This document shows, in pieces, positions 24,050 through 37,215 of a stretch of 62,159 nt of DNA. The notes under the pieces are model-generated. The model was not told the origin of the DNA, did no database searches, and saw nothing but the letters and a program-made list of their open reading frames with translations. Source of the stretch: Chiloscyllium plagiosum (lineage: Eukaryota); the NCBI RefSeq assembly GCF_004010195.1, contig NC_057754.1, positions 2,199,238 to 2,261,396 of the forward strand, given 5' to 3'. Numbering within the stretch: position 1 is the stretch's first letter; every line of letters starts with the position of its first letter. The position numbers and the translations under genes are program-made.

Positions 24050-24275
24050 AAGACCAGATGCTAATGATGTTGGTTGAAAGAGAAATGTTGGCATAGACAG
24101 TGCGAGAACTTCACTGGTCTTCTTGGAATAGGGCCATGGGATCTTTCACATCCACTTGGGAAGGTGGATAGGACTTCAGTTTCATTTTGTATCTAAAAGG
24201 TGGTACCTTCAATGGTACAGCAATCCCTCAGTTTTGCACTGATGTAATAATGTGGAATTGATGCTCCAGTCTTTT
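24050..24275 (-). mobile_element. Deu-type SINE, central part
   Basis: GCCATGGGATCTTTCACATCCAC..CCCTCAGTTTTGCACTG. Confidence 0.6.
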
Positions 24276-24577
24276 GAATGAATCATGTGCCCATCGGCCT
24301 GCTGATTAGCAACCGAGCACAGATTGTGAGGTAATGCTGTAATGTTCTGGGGAGGCCCCCAAATTGCCATGACATTTGTAATCTTTTTGAACAATGGTCC
24401 CAGTGTGCTACCATGTTAGTGAATCAGAAAGCTGCACACCCGACAATATGAGAGACTAGTGCATCTGGCACTGGTTCAGATCATGATTAACTGTAAGGTT
24501 GGGAATGATAGTTGGTTATAATTGCTGCTGAATTGTTGCTAACTGCATACTGTAGAATCTCACCTACCCAGAATAAG

Positions 24578-24874
24578 GTTAAAAATTACACAACACCAGG
24601 TTATAGTCCAACAGGTTTAATAGGAAACACTAGGTTTTGGAGTGCTGCTCCTTCATCAGGTGGTTGTGGAGTACACAATTGTAAGACACAGAACTAATAG
24701 CAATAAATTTGCTATAGATTCTGTATCTTACAATTGTGTCCACTACAACCCCCTGATGAAGGAACGGCGCTCTGCAAGCTAGTGTGCTTCCAATTAAACC
24801 TGTTGGACTGTAACCTGGTGTTGTGTGATTTGTAACTTTGTACACCCCAGTCCAACACTGGCATCTCCAAATCA
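24578..24874. mobile_element. PLE family C long palindromic insert
   Basis: ~125-bp inverted arms centred near 24706, with CTGATGA in each arm; 13-bp TSD TACCCAGAATAAG at 24565 and 24875. Confidence 0.85.
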
Positions 24875-25494
24875 TACCCAGAATAAGATTGATTCTGTCC
24901 AAAATAACTCCAGTTAAGACCTCTTGCATTCATAGGACAGAAGGACACCTATGTCGTCAGTTTGCATTTGATCCAAAACTTTATTCTGTTGAAATCAGTC
25001 ATTCCACTTGTAAACAATTGCAATACTTACCTAGACCATTCCCATCACTGCTGTTGGAAGGTGAACTCTGGCTTTCTGACAGACAGGACTTATGTTTTTT
25101 GAGTATTTAAGAAGTGGCATTGAAATTGAAAACTTCTGTGATATTAGTCAGTTTTGATTTTGTTCAGTCCTGTCTCTGCCACGCCTGTGCCTAAAACAGA
25201 CAACTCAGAAAACTGCAGATTCTTACAAATTCCTGAAATCACTCAGAATACTCTTTATGTGAATTTCAAATCTCAAAACAACGACTAGCATGTTTCCCAT
25301 TTTAAGCTAATTTTGCAACTGCAGGTGAATGTGATGGACATGTTCTAACTACAGTATGCATATACAGACAGGATTAGCACAACTGTCACAGGAATTTAAT
25401 AGAAAATGGAATAAAACATTAACAAAATGGTTAAACATTTTTGTAGCATAGCTGTAGAGGTATTTATATTATGGAAAAGTCCAAAACTCAGGAT

Positions 25495-25770
25495 GAGGGA
25501 GGAAGATAGGGTCAGAAAATTAGGTGGTCACCAACAAATCCAGTTGTGAATTCAGATGAAACCTCTTCACCTGGAGAGTGCAAATATGGAACATGCTCCC
25601 ACAGAGAGTGTCCGAGGTGAATCCTATCCCATACATTAGAGGGGAAGGTGGATAGACACATGGGTGAGGGAGAAAGAAATAGAAGGATAGGGTGTTGGGG
25701 ATGGAAGGAGACTCATACTGAGTCATAGAACCATGGAACAGATACACCATCACAGAGCGCTGTAGACACA
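25495..25770 (+). mobile_element. Old CR1 3' end
   Basis: GAAACCTCTTCACCTGGAGAGTG..TGGAACATGCTCCCACAG. Confidence 0.55.
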
Positions 25771-26934
25771 ATACCAATCTGTGAACAAATGTCAGTGTGT
25801 ATTCTCAAAGCCAAACACTGGAACAATCTATGCTTAGTGGCTTGATTGAAATAACAGCAAATGGCATTATGACATGAATTTAGAAAATATTTAGGATGCA
25901 CCATGTTCTCATTTATTTTAATTCAAGTTCCAATATCACTGTCAGAAACTACTTATCCATCTCCGGTCAGCAAGGGACCTGGCTGTTACCATGGTGACTA
26001 AAGCAGGCATGGATTGAAAGGTTAAGGACTATCTCCCAAACGCCTAAAGAAATTTAATGGCTTTAGTCCCCAAGTCCCATGCAAATAAGTACGTGGCAAA
26101 CAGAATACACATAACTGAGAATGGGGGACTCTGTCTTATTATTAGAACTCAGTGATTAAATGCAGAAAGCCTTACTTTGTCAGGAGTATTCACTTGTGTA
26201 AAAGTACAAAGGCAGAACTCCGTATCTTCACAGTATGCATTATTTACAGTAAATCCAAAGGCTTTTTCTCTTGAGGCTCGTATTCCAAGCCTTAATATTG
26301 AACCATGAAACACACTTTAATTAGTGAAAAGAAATTACTGTTTGCTGACACTATCCGTTTTTGCTTTGCCTTCACTGTTGTACTCTGACAGGGAACAACA
26401 GCACATCAGCAACAAACCAAGTCCAGACAGCTGAAATGGGGAATGCCAGCAGGCAGAATTTACAGACAACAGTGCGCCTTGTATCACTGAATCCAGGTAA
26501 TTAGGTGATTCTTCCCCTCCAAAGAACATTTGTAGCACCCTAGCGGCTGTTCCAGTCCAGAGATTGAACCTAGTCTCCACTATATGAGTGATATGCTGGT
26601 ACCGTAACCCAAAAGTAATTTGAAGAGCTCCACCAGTTGTACACAGAGATCCACTGTTGAAGAAAAAAACGGTCTAATGTCATAGTCCCTGATTTTGCAG
26701 CTGCCAAGATGAAGAAGCTATCGGCACTAACTGTTATTGAGGAGTAGATGACTCACCATCATAGTTAAATGTGAAAAGTGGGGAAGTTGCTGTTTGGTTT
26801 GCACTTTGCCTCCACACTGGTACCTTACTGAGAGGTTAAAATAAATGCAAGGTGTGAATTTGCAACACGCACTCTCTTATAATCTCAGAACAGGCTCATG
26901 TATTTGTTTATAATCTGGATAGGGGCAGGCAACA

Positions 26935-27047
26935 TTTTTATTTGCTCACAGGATGTGGATGTTGCTGGCTGAGCCAGTGTTTATTGTCCATCTCTAATTG
27001 CCCTTGAGAACGTGGTGTTAAGTTGCACTCTTGAATCATGACAGTCT
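26935..27047 (-). mobile_element. LINE-B 3' tail
   Basis: GGATGTGGATGTTGCTGGCTGAGCCAGTGTTTATTGTCCATCTCTAATTGCCCTTGAGAA. Confidence 0.7.
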
Positions 27048-27821
27048 TGTAACTTTAGTTCAGTCAAGTAAATGAAATTTGAATTTCCAATTACTCACAA
27101 AGAAAATAAAGCTACAAAATTAAAAATTTTCCAACAAAAGGGTTTCTTTTAAACTCAAAGTAACAAAGCAAACAGTAAATCCAATTCTATTATAGTCTAA
27201 AATCCAGAATTAACATGAGGTAAACATGAACTTGCGGGCAAACTGAAATCCAGCAAATGACAAACAGCACATTAAATTCAACAGTCATGATCAAGACAGA
27301 TTTCTGTGGATTTTTCAATGGCCCATTCATACATATAAAAGTCGCCACAATTCTTCATAATATTATCTTCCTCATGTGGGTTTTCAACTATTCTGTTGTG
27401 AAGATCTAGCCTCTGATTTCCCTCAGAAACATTTCCATTTCAGAGTGCCTCAACAGCATTTCCCCCAAAAGTTGCTAAATCTGTTATTCTGAGGCTGTGC
27501 CCCATCAGATTCATAGCTTGCATTCCACAATCTCATTACTGACACAGTTATGGCTCCTTACCTGCTCTAAGTAGCTCTCTTCATAGGCATTCGCCAACTT
27601 CAATGCCTGATGTCCACTGCCTGCAGACTTTTATTTTGCCCAAATGCCAGTTATCTAGCAAACAGCTTTCTTTCCCATGCACTGAGCCCATAAGTGTTCC
27701 AGAGTTTCCCTGACCTGCATGGATCCTGTGATTTTCTCCCACCTTCTCAGCTATCCACAGGTTTCCCTGAGCTCCAGCAGCACCATGTTAGCTTCACTGA
27801 GCCTCTTCCTGTCTTGACTAA

Positions 27822-28197
27822 CAAAGTTTAGAAGGTTAAGGGGTGATCTGATCAAAGTCTTCAAGATATTTACAGGAGAAGACAGGATAGATGAAGATAA
27901 ATTATTTTCTCTAGGTGGGTATTCTACAACTAAGAGGTACAGACCTGACCGTTTCAGAGAGATGTTAGGAAGCACTTCCATACTCAAAAGATGGTAGAGG
28001 TTTGGAACTCTCTTCCACAAGCAACAGTGGATGCTGGATCAGTTGTTAATTTTAAATCTGAGTGAGATAGACCTTTGTTAAGCAATAGTTTTATGGCATA
28101 TGGGCCAAGATATATGGAGTTAGGCCACAGGTCAGCCATGATCTCATTGAATGGTAGACCAGGCTCAAGGGGCTGAATGGCCTACTCCTGTTCCTGT
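27822..28197 (+). mobile_element. CR1 3' fragment
   Basis: TTTAGAAGGTTAAGGGGTGATCTGATC..GGGGCTGAATGGCCTACTCCTGTTCCT; TGACTA on both flanks. Confidence 0.8.
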
Positions 28198-30843
28198 GAC
28201 TAGTGTTGTTCCCTGATCCTTGAACTAATCTGGGTGACCTCAAACATTCTCTAACAAAGTCTCTTCTCTGCTCCTGGGCCAAATTGAATGTCGAAGCCCT
28301 TGGAACATCGTGTGTTTTGAATGTTACAAACTCCAGTTACCTAACTGCTACTGTCCACAGCTCCTCATTTACAGTACACTTCCATCACAGCTCACTCACT
28401 CTACTCAGTGAACACATCACAGCTGCTGCTTTCTGGTCTGTGTAAACTTTTAACAGTGTGATACATCTTAACCGTGGTCCAGCAACCACTTTGGCTTTGA
28501 AAATGAACTTTTATACAGGCCATTATAACTGTGAATTTTTATGCTGCTGTACTTTTCACTGAAGTAATCTTGGTTTTGTTTTCCCTTTCATTTCTGCCAT
28601 CAGTTGGTGAGAAGCTTTGGGCAGGGTGACTCAAACTTCAGTTTTACGCCTCTTTTCTCGTTGACATGTAGTGACCACATTGGGATGGCTTTGTGAAGAT
28701 CAGAAATTCACTGTATTTCTTAGGGAACAGTGTGTTCAAACCTTTCTCCCATGTTAATTGTTGCTGCCACTTTTCCTGGAAGTGCTCTTACTGGAGAACT
28801 GAATGTGACATGAATGTTGCTTCACTTCTGTTCTCATGTAGCAAATGTACTGGCTCCAATCGCTTTATGTTTCTTACCGGCATTCTATTGTTTGTGAGTT
28901 GAGAGAGCTCATCTTAAGCAGCAAATCCAGACCAGTGAGTAAGGGTATCACTAATAAACACCAAACTCAGCTGGCGTTTAAGTGCTGTCTTCATGAGGTT
29001 GCAAGTGGTGTTAGGGCATGGTAGAATATTGGGGAACAGGAAACAAGTAGGCATTGATATCCAAAATAACGATGGAAGAAAGAGGCAAAGTGGAAAATCT
29101 CTGGCAATGTAGCTCGCTATGCAAATCCCTTTGTTCATATAAGTGGCAGGTAGAGCTTTACAGAAATGAATATCTTTGCAGTTAAACAACAAATCAAGAA
29201 AGTGGCAGCTGGCATAATGTGTACCGATGCATCAATCACACACAAAATCATGTTGAAATCAAGTTATATAAACTTCTTCAGATGAAGGGATATCAATGGA
29301 TTACAACAGTTATCGTTTGCCTTGGCAGGGAGAGGCCTGCAAGTGAGGATTGTGTGCAGACTTCCACAGGTTCCAACATGAATTGTACATTACTTGCTAT
29401 TCAAAGGAATTCTGTGGAGCTGCTATGTAGATGTAAGGTGTGCAGTGACTCGCAAAATAGGACAGGTTATCATTAAGGTGGAGAACTCTGTGAAATGCCT
29501 TCATCACATCTAATTAGTGACCTGTAACCACGTTATTACTGTTGCCCCATAGCTGTTGATGGACATGCTGTGCATTCTCAGCATAATTGTTAGCATTTCC
29601 ACCATCTCAGAAAAGCAGTCAAGTGCAAGCATGAGTCTTGGAACATCAAGAAGAATATGATACATAGGGCAGGCAAATATTCTGTCTGGTAATCTCTATG
29701 TTTTGACCATGCCTTCAGCCTCCCCATCAAATTCTTTCCCATCCCATCTTAGTAGCAACTGTTCCCTGTTTTCACCTTCTGAAACAAACTGAGGCATTCT
29801 TGGCACTGATACACAATAAAGCAACAACTAGTATTTTTATAGTGCCTTGAGTGTAGTAAAGTGATCCTTGGCACTTTGTCATTGGAGTGATATTTAGGAG
29901 ATGTTACAAATGGATTAGGATGGGAAGCCCAAGAGAGGCCAGTCTTTCGCACCTTGGAGACTGTGGGAGAGAGTGATTTATATTTGGAGGCTGTGTGATG
30001 AAACTTCATGGTCCCACGCTCAGATGTTGATCTTGTGGGAAATTACAGGTACCGACCAGCATTCCATCATTCCATGGGGTGTTCAGTGCGATTGCTTTCT
30101 GCTGCACTGCACTGAAGAGCTTTGTAGTGTCATAGCCATGAAATAGTGGAATCCTTCATACAGTAAATGTGCAAACCTCTCTTTTGTAGCAGCTTTAGGA
30201 ACCCTTTGTGAATTATAATCATTCGTTCAGTCATTCCAAACATTTTCCAAAAGAATCGATCTGCCATATAAGCTGGTTGATTATGGACGTGTGTCCAGAG
30301 ATGGTCGAGAAGTGACTGGAACAGTTGTGACATGGCTACAGGGCCGTGCTCAAAAATCTGCCTCGGGGGTATACATTGGTTGGTTGCCAGTGGCCGTGAA
30401 GGATTCTGAGAGACACCGTGAGAGACAATGTTCTCAACCAAAGGGAGCACTGGGGGGAATACAAGTTGAAACTGCTGCTCTGTTGAAAGCATCCAGGCAA
30501 CCTACAGCTGCTATATCTGCAAATCCAGTGAAGAACAAGAAACTCTCTTTCTGCTGATTTCTGTGTCCGTGTGTGCAGGCAAATACTGACTATTCAGCTA
30601 CAGAAGCTACTGAACCCTTTCACTTTGGAAAGATAATCTTCATGCAAGCCAGGCCAGCAATATTCTTAGAGACTGACCTTGATTTCATCTTAGTAAGAAC
30701 TTATATTCCTTAATAACTTTAATCTTTGTGCAAGAATTTTGAGCTAACAACTTTTACTTGAATTACTGCAACATGGAAAATCTTTGCTGGTGCTGACATC
30801 ATGCCTGAGCTGGGATCATTATAGTGGGGGGCGGTGGGGGAAC

Positions 30844-30853
30844 AGAGAGAGAG

Positions 30854-30884
<31 letters not shown>
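30844..30884. repeat. Compound (GA)n(GT)n microsatellite
   Basis: Directly visible. Confidence 0.95.
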
Positions 30885-31344
30885 CAGACCTACACAGCCT
30901 GCCACACCTCACCAAAATGGTTTGCAGTAAATAATGCCCATGCTATCAAGTCTCCAAGACCTGTACCACACCACGACGCAGTGACTTCAAACGAGCAATG
31001 ATAAATTTTGTTTAAAAAAGACTAAAGTGCTATAGCAAGATCATCATCACCTGAAAGATGAACAATGGCAGGTTCACACCTTGTGTCAAGGTCAACATGG
31101 TAGCAACGGAGTGGGCTGCTTCTGGGCTCCTGTGCCCAGGCTTGTCCTCTTCATCTTCATCTTCCTTTTCTTTTTCTTTGTCCTTTTACTTCTTCTTCAT
31201 TTCTCAGTTTTATTAAGTTTATGCTCAACCTTACCTGATAAAGAGAGTTCTTTGGCAGGACGGAGGCCTCAATGGGTTCTGGATCGGCATGGCTACAGAG
31301 TCAGCCAGCGTGTAAAACATAGGGAGGGTTCCTCACTTCCACAT

Positions 31345-32600
31345 GGAATGGGACTCTGGTGGTGGCATGGTGTGGGCTGGTGCAGCCAGAGTGGGGACTG
31401 TAGTAGCAGCATGATGTGGGCTGGTGAAGCCTAGAGGGGAATGTGGCAGCAGCATGGTGTGGGCAGGTGAAGCCCAGAGTGGGGACTGGTCAGCGGCATG
31501 GTGTGGGCTGGTGAATCCCGGAGTTGGGACTGATGCAGTGACATGGTGTGGGCTGGTGAGCCCAGAGGAGAATGTGGCAGCAGCATGGAAGTGGGGACTG
31601 GTGCAGCGGCATGGTGTGGGCTGGTGAATCCCGGAGTGGGGACTGGTGCAGCGACATGGTGTTGGCTGGTGAGCCCAGAGTGGGGACTGTGGCAGCGACA
31701 TGGTATGGGCTGGTGAATCCCGGAGTGGGGACTGGTGCAGCGGCATGGTGTGGGCTGATGAATCCCGGAGTGGGGACTGGTGCAGCAACATGGTGTTGGC
31801 TGGTGAGCCCAGAGTGGGGACTGTGGCAGCGACATGGTATGGGCTGGTGAATCCTGGAGTGGGGACTGATGCAGCGACATGGTGTGGGCTGGTGAGCCCA
31901 GAGGAGAATGTGGCAGCAGCATGGTATGGGCTGGTGAATCCCGGAGTGGGGACTGGTGCAGCGGCATGGTGTGGGCTGATGAATCCTGGAGTGGGGACTG
32001 GTGTAGCAACATGGTGTGGGCTGGTGAGCCCAGAGGGGAATGTGGCAGCAGCATGGTGTGGGCTGGTGAAGCTCAGAGTGGGGACTGGTGCAGCTACATG
32101 GTGTGGGCTGGTGAAACTCAGAGTGGGGACTGGTGCAGCGACATGGTGTGGGCTGGTGAAACTCAGAGTGGGGACTGGTGCAGCTACATGGTGTTGGCTG
32201 GTGAATCCTGGAGTGGGGACTGTGGCAGCGGCATGGTGTGGGCTGGTGAATCCCGGAGTGGGGACTGGTGCAGCTACATGGTGTGGGCTGGTGACGCTCA
32301 GAGTGGGGACTGGTGCAGCAACATGGTGTGGGCTGGTGACGCTCAGAGTGGGGACTGGTGCAGCAACATGGTGTGGGCTGGTGAAGCTCAGAGTGGGGAC
32401 TGGTGCTGCTACATGGTGTGGGCTGGTGACGCTCAGAGTGGGGACTGGTGCAGCTACATGGTGTGGGCTGGTGACGCTCAGAGTGGGGAATGGTGCAGCT
32501 ACATGGTGTGGGCTGGTGAAGCTCAGAGTGGGGACTGGTGCAGCAGCATGGTGTGGGCTGGTGAAGCTCAGAGAGGGGACTCTGGCAACTGTTTGGAGCT
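31345..32600. repeat. 45-bp G-rich minisatellite, ~28 units
   Basis: Unit GAGTGGGGACTGGTGCAGCTACATGGTGTGGGCTGGTGAAGCTCA; 15-aa periodicity in overlapping ORFs. Confidence 0.95.
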
Positions 32601-33164
32601 GGAAGGCCGGCATGGACTGGTTGGGCTGAATGGCGTAACTCTGTTCTGGATGTTTTCTGTAATCCTGTCTTTAGAGATATATTGAACAGATTGAAATGGA
32701 AGTATTATCAGATATATATTAATAATTATTTGGTATGAAAGGTGTGCTTTACAAACAAAAATCTATTCTAAAGCAGCCATTCTAATATACTCTTCTGAAT
32801 GGAGTCAACTCAAACAAGTTTCTCAAAACATCAGTTTGGGAAAGTTGCAAGGCGATAATACAATATTGAAATTCATGCAGGGTGTAAACTGGCTGTCACA
32901 ATGACACATGAACCCTCAAACTATATTACTGATTCGTTATTCATTTTTGTGAATTGATGTATCCGTGTTCAATACACTCAGGGCTACCGACAGATGATGC
33001 TTTTCTCCCGCACACTATCCATTATCAAGACAGAATTTGCCATGTCCAGCTGCCAGTGTGACACTTTCACAACTTTATTAACATCATGATAGGAATTTTT
33101 TTGAAATTTCAAAATTAAGAAAACTGTTACCTCCAAGCACATAGATCAGTGAACATAAATATTG

Positions 33165-33377
33165 CATTTCTACCGGAGGGTGAATTATATGGAATGTGCT
33201 GCCTGAGAGGGTGGTGGAAACAGATACTCTTGTAATATTTATGAAGCATGGTAGCCAGGATGTAGTAGACTGTGGATCAAGTGCAGGTAAATGGGATTGG
33301 AGAGGTTTGGTGTTTGTTGGTCAGCATAGCATGGTGGGTCAAAGGCCCTGTTTCTATGCTGTATGACTCTATGACCT
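33165..33377 (+). mobile_element. CR1 3' end
   Basis: TGGAATGTGCTGCCTGAGAGGGTGGTGGA..GCTGTATGACTCTATGAC. Confidence 0.7.
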
Positions 33378-33595
33378 CTACAGACTGCTTAAACACAATT
33401 TCCCTTTCATAAAGCCATGTTAGCTCTGATGGATCACAGTGTGATTTTCTAAGTAACCTATTGCAACCTCCTCAATAATGGAATATAGCATCTTTCCTAA
33501 AACAAACATGAGGCAAACTAACCCACAGTTTTCTGCTTTATGCTTCTCTACTTTCTTGAATCGCTGGAGAAGTCAGAGATCTTGGAATGTTGTCG

Positions 33596-34140
33596 AGTCA
33601 TAGAGATGTGCAGCACAGAAACAGACTCTTTGGCCCATGCCGATCAGATATCCCAACTTAATATAGTCTCATTTGCCAGCACTTGGCCCATATCCTTCTA
33701 AACCCTTCCTATTCATATACCCATCCAGATGCCTTTTAAATATTGTAATTGTACCAGCCTCCACCACTTCCTCTGGCAGCTCATTCCATACACATACCAC
33801 CCTTTGCATGAAAAAGTTTCACCTTAGGTCCCTTTTAAATTTTTCCCCTCTCATCTTAAACCTATGCCCTCTAGTTCTGGACTCTCCCAACCCAGGGAAA
33901 AGACCTTGTCTATTCACCCTATCCGTGCCCCTCATGGTTTATAAACCTCTTTAAGGATCCCCTCAGCCTCCAACACTCCAGGGAAAACAGACCCAGCCTG
34001 TTCAACCTCTTCCTATAGCTCAAACCTTCTAACCCTGGCAACATCCTTGTAAATCTTTTCTGAACCCTTTCAAGTTTCACAACATCCTTCCTATAGCAGG
34101 GAGACCAGAATTGTAGAATTGTACACAATATTCCAAAAGT
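33596..34140 (-). mobile_element. CR1 (HER1-like) 3' fragment
   Basis: ORF 33919-34128 QFWSPCYRKDVVKLERVQKRFTRMLPGL; HER1-type tail. Confidence 0.9.
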
Positions 34141-34899
34141 TTTGTAAGGCCTGAGGAGGTTATTAAGCTAGCGAGTTGTGAGGACAAGGAGGGGCTTGTG
34201 TCATTGGTCAAGATATACTTGCCTGATAATGATGCTAGTTCTGACTTGGGGCTGTTTTTCTGTCTGAACGTTTAATGCCAGGGATGGTGTTCTGCACTGT
34301 GTGTTGTCTGATCTTGGCCAGTACATTTTGAACTAAGCTCTCAGATAAGTAACACTTGCGTTTACCCACTAGGGCCTTGTTAATGTTCATTGGCCAAGTC
34401 TTGCTGATACGAATGGGGTGTCTTGGTTTTCATATGCAAAGGTTCGATAAACAGTGAGATTGGATTATTGGGAGAATCACAGACAATTTGATTTAAGCAT
34501 GCAGATTAAAGACAAAATGTTCCCAAGATAATTAATTACAACTAATCCAAAAACTTTATTTTGTTTCTCTGGTAATTCCAACCTAACTACCTTTTCTTCA
34601 TTCCATTTTGCAGCTTCATTTGGTGACAATCTTGTACTACAACAGGAGAGTGTGTAGGACTGGAACATATTGTGGTTAATCTGACCAGCTCCAAATCCCC
34701 CCAAAATCTGAACATTCCAATTCAGGCCCTCCTGAGAATCTGAATGCACAATCTCGGTCCCAGTTCACAATATGGGGGTTTTGGCTTAATTGAACTGGAA
34801 AGTATCAATCCAGTTCTTTTTGAAAGAAACATGTATTTTGATTTTTTTTCCTAAACCCCCACACTACCACCAAATAAAACTTCATGTTCTCTAGTGTGT

Positions 34900-35260
34900 T
34901 TCATGACCTCAGCTTTTAACAGGCCAATTAATATTTTCAAGATGTAACGGGGGAAAACACAGCAGCCAATTTGCACCTCAGCAAGTTCCACAAAAAAAAG
35001 TTGTAAAGACCAGATAATCCGTTTAGTAACAATGTTAATTGAAGGATAAATGTTTGCAAGGACACTCTGTATAATTCTTTTACTCTCTTCAAAGTGGTGT
35101 CCATGGATACTTTAGGCTCTGCTGACAGGGCAGAAAATGTCTGGGTTTGATGTCTAATCCATAGGACAGCATGTGAAAATGCATCAATCCAGATTTCATA
35201 TGTCTGGATAGCACCTCTGGACCTTCAGATCCACAGGACTGCTAAGTCAAGTTCAAATGA
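34900..35260 (-). mobile_element. Deu-type SINE
   Basis: CAGCAGCCAATTTGCAC..CAGCAAG..GACCAGATAATC..TTGAAGGATAAATG. Confidence 0.6.
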
Positions 35261-35494
35261 AAGAAATTGGTATGGAAACAATTATATGAATGGTCCAAAT
35301 TTAAGTAGCTTTGGCTTCCTTGATTCCGTCTGGGAAAATTACTTATTTTGTTTCTAATAACATTAACATTGCCTGTCCAGGTAACTTTCAAGTTGTACAG
35401 ATTTCTGGTCATAAGTGCAACTTCCTTACCTCTTATATACCTTTGTCTTTGCTCTAGATATTCTGTGAGACAAGGTTCTTGTCATGTTTAAGGG

Positions 35495-35740
35495 AGGCCA
35501 TGTCAGTTGACTAGTAATGCAGATTGACAAATGGTGAAATTCGAATTCAATAAATATCTGGAATTAAAAGCTAGTCTAATAACATTGCGATTAAAACCCA
35601 TGTGGTTCACTACTGTCCTTTAGGGAAGGCAATCTGCTGCCCTTACCTGGTCTGATCTAAGTGTGATTCTGACACACTCCTAGCCACAGCAATGTGGTTG
35701 GCTCTTAACTGCAATGCCTAGCAAGTCAATCATTTTGAGG
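35495..35740 (+). mobile_element. SINE-B
   Basis: GAATTCAATAAATATCTGGAATT..GGTTCACTACTGTCCTTTAGGGAAGG..CCTTACCTGGTCTG. Confidence 0.7.
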
Positions 35741-35744
35741 TCAA

Positions 35745-36078
35745 TGTTTGCCATTTATATAAACAATCTGGATGACAATACAAGAATAGTTTGGTTAGTT
35801 TTTTGCAGATGACACAAAACTTGCTGGTATAGTGGATAGTGAAAAAGATTATCTAAGAATTCAACAAGATCTTGATCAGCTTTCCAATGGGCCGAAGAGT
35901 GGCAGGTGGAGATTATTTTAATAAATGTGAGGTTTTGCATTTTGGTAAGACAAACCAGGGCAGGACATACACAATTAATAGTAGGAATTCGGGGAGTGTT
36001 GTCGAACAGAGACTTAGAGGTTTGAGCTACATCGTTTCTTGAAAGTTGTGTCGTATGTAGAGACAGTGGTGATGAACT
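35745..36078 (+). mobile_element. CR1 RT fragment
   Basis: TTTGCAGATGACACAAAA; continues as homologue of 11-270. Confidence 0.8.
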
Positions 36079-36097
36079 TGCCTTCATTGTTCAGAAG

Positions 36098-36228
36098 AGG
36101 AGAAAGTGAAGACTGTAGGTACTTGAGAGTCAGAATCAAAAAGCGTGGGGCTGGAAGAGCACAGCAGATCAGGCAGCGTCCGAGGAGCAGGAGAATCAAC
36201 ATTTCAGGCATAAGCCCATCATCAGGAA
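36098..36228 (-). mobile_element. PLE family A pLTR with hammerhead-like core
   Basis: Minus strand CTGATGA-T-GGGC-TTAT-GCCT-GAAA-TGTT; ATTGTTCA on both flanks. Confidence 0.8.
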
Positions 36229-36679
36229 TTGTTCATTGGCCAGAAATGTGTAACTTGCCTTCCTCCTCACACAACTGCTGTCTGACCTACCGAGAGTTTC
36301 TGATAGGAAGTCAGAAAATGCAGCTCCTCTCTTTACTATCTGTACAGACAAGAGCAACTTACTTGTGGTGACTGCAAACATTCACACTCGTTATTCTCAG
36401 CGATGTGGCGCTCTCAGGTGATGTGGCACTTCCTAACAAGCTCTCTGTTTTCAGCATGTTTGTCAGCCAGTCCCCCAGAATCACTTGGAGTACATGCCTA
36501 TAATGAGCACCTGCACGCTCCCACACAGCCTAGGTCTGGATTTCAGCCAAGTAGCTGTGAACAGAAGGGACACTCGTCTGTGAACTACCCTCGCACACCT
36601 CTCAGCGGCTGTGTTCAAAACAGCACGAGCTGCAGCTGTCCAGGGGGCAAGACAGGCCAAATTCAACAATGGCTCAGGG

Positions 36680-36830
36680 ACAAAAGCAGAAGATGCTAGA
36701 CAGAAAAACACAGAAGCCTCATGAAAGGTCACAAAGCTGAAAGGTTACCTCTATTCCTTTTTCCACCCACCTAATTGTATCCAGCATTTTTGGTTTCTGC
36801 TTTGTTTTAACTTTCCAGTATTTGCAGTAT
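36680..36830. mobile_element. Degenerate PLE family D relic
   Basis: CTCATGAAAGGTCACAAAGCTGAAAGGTT resembles the core at 44825; tail TTTCCAGTATTTGCAGT. Confidence 0.45.
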
Positions 36831-37009
36831 TGTAATGCATAAAAATGCGTTACTCGGATGATGAGGGAAAAAAAAATCTTGTCAGGGAAATTTATAGGAA
36901 ATAGTTAACAGATGATGATAACATATTTGACTTTGATATTTGGAACCACATTCTGGTAATGCGGGGTAACAAGCCACCAATGATGGGCCCTGCTGTCCAT
37001 ATCTTAACT

Positions 37010-37215
37010 AGCACCAATAAATATCCTCATCTAACAACATTGAAATAGTTGAGTGGGTTAGTTATCTTATTGTTTTTTTGGTGGTAGCTTGCTGTATGTA
37101 AATTGGCTGCCATGCTTTCCACCTTAGTGTTACAACCCTTGAAAGAATGTCCCATTTTCAGCAATTGATTTTGGGCATCCTGAGGTCAGGAAAGTCACAA
37201 GATAAATTTATTTCT
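37010..37215 (+). mobile_element. Deu-type SINE, 3' part
   Basis: AGCTTGCTGTATGTAAATTGGCTGCC..GGGCATCCTGAGGTCAGGAAAG. Confidence 0.65.

Noticed and set aside
27048..28530. Possible third solo LTR starting TGTAAC
   Set aside because: I could not find a matching CA end, TSD or resumption of the host element
31345..32600. CRISPR array or Chi sites (GCTGGTG)
   Set aside because: No unique spacers or cas genes; eukaryotic context; only 7 of 8 Chi bases match
31333..32685. 426-aa and 309-aa mucin-like ORFs
   Set aside because: Produced by the 45-bp unit; open in several frames on both strands
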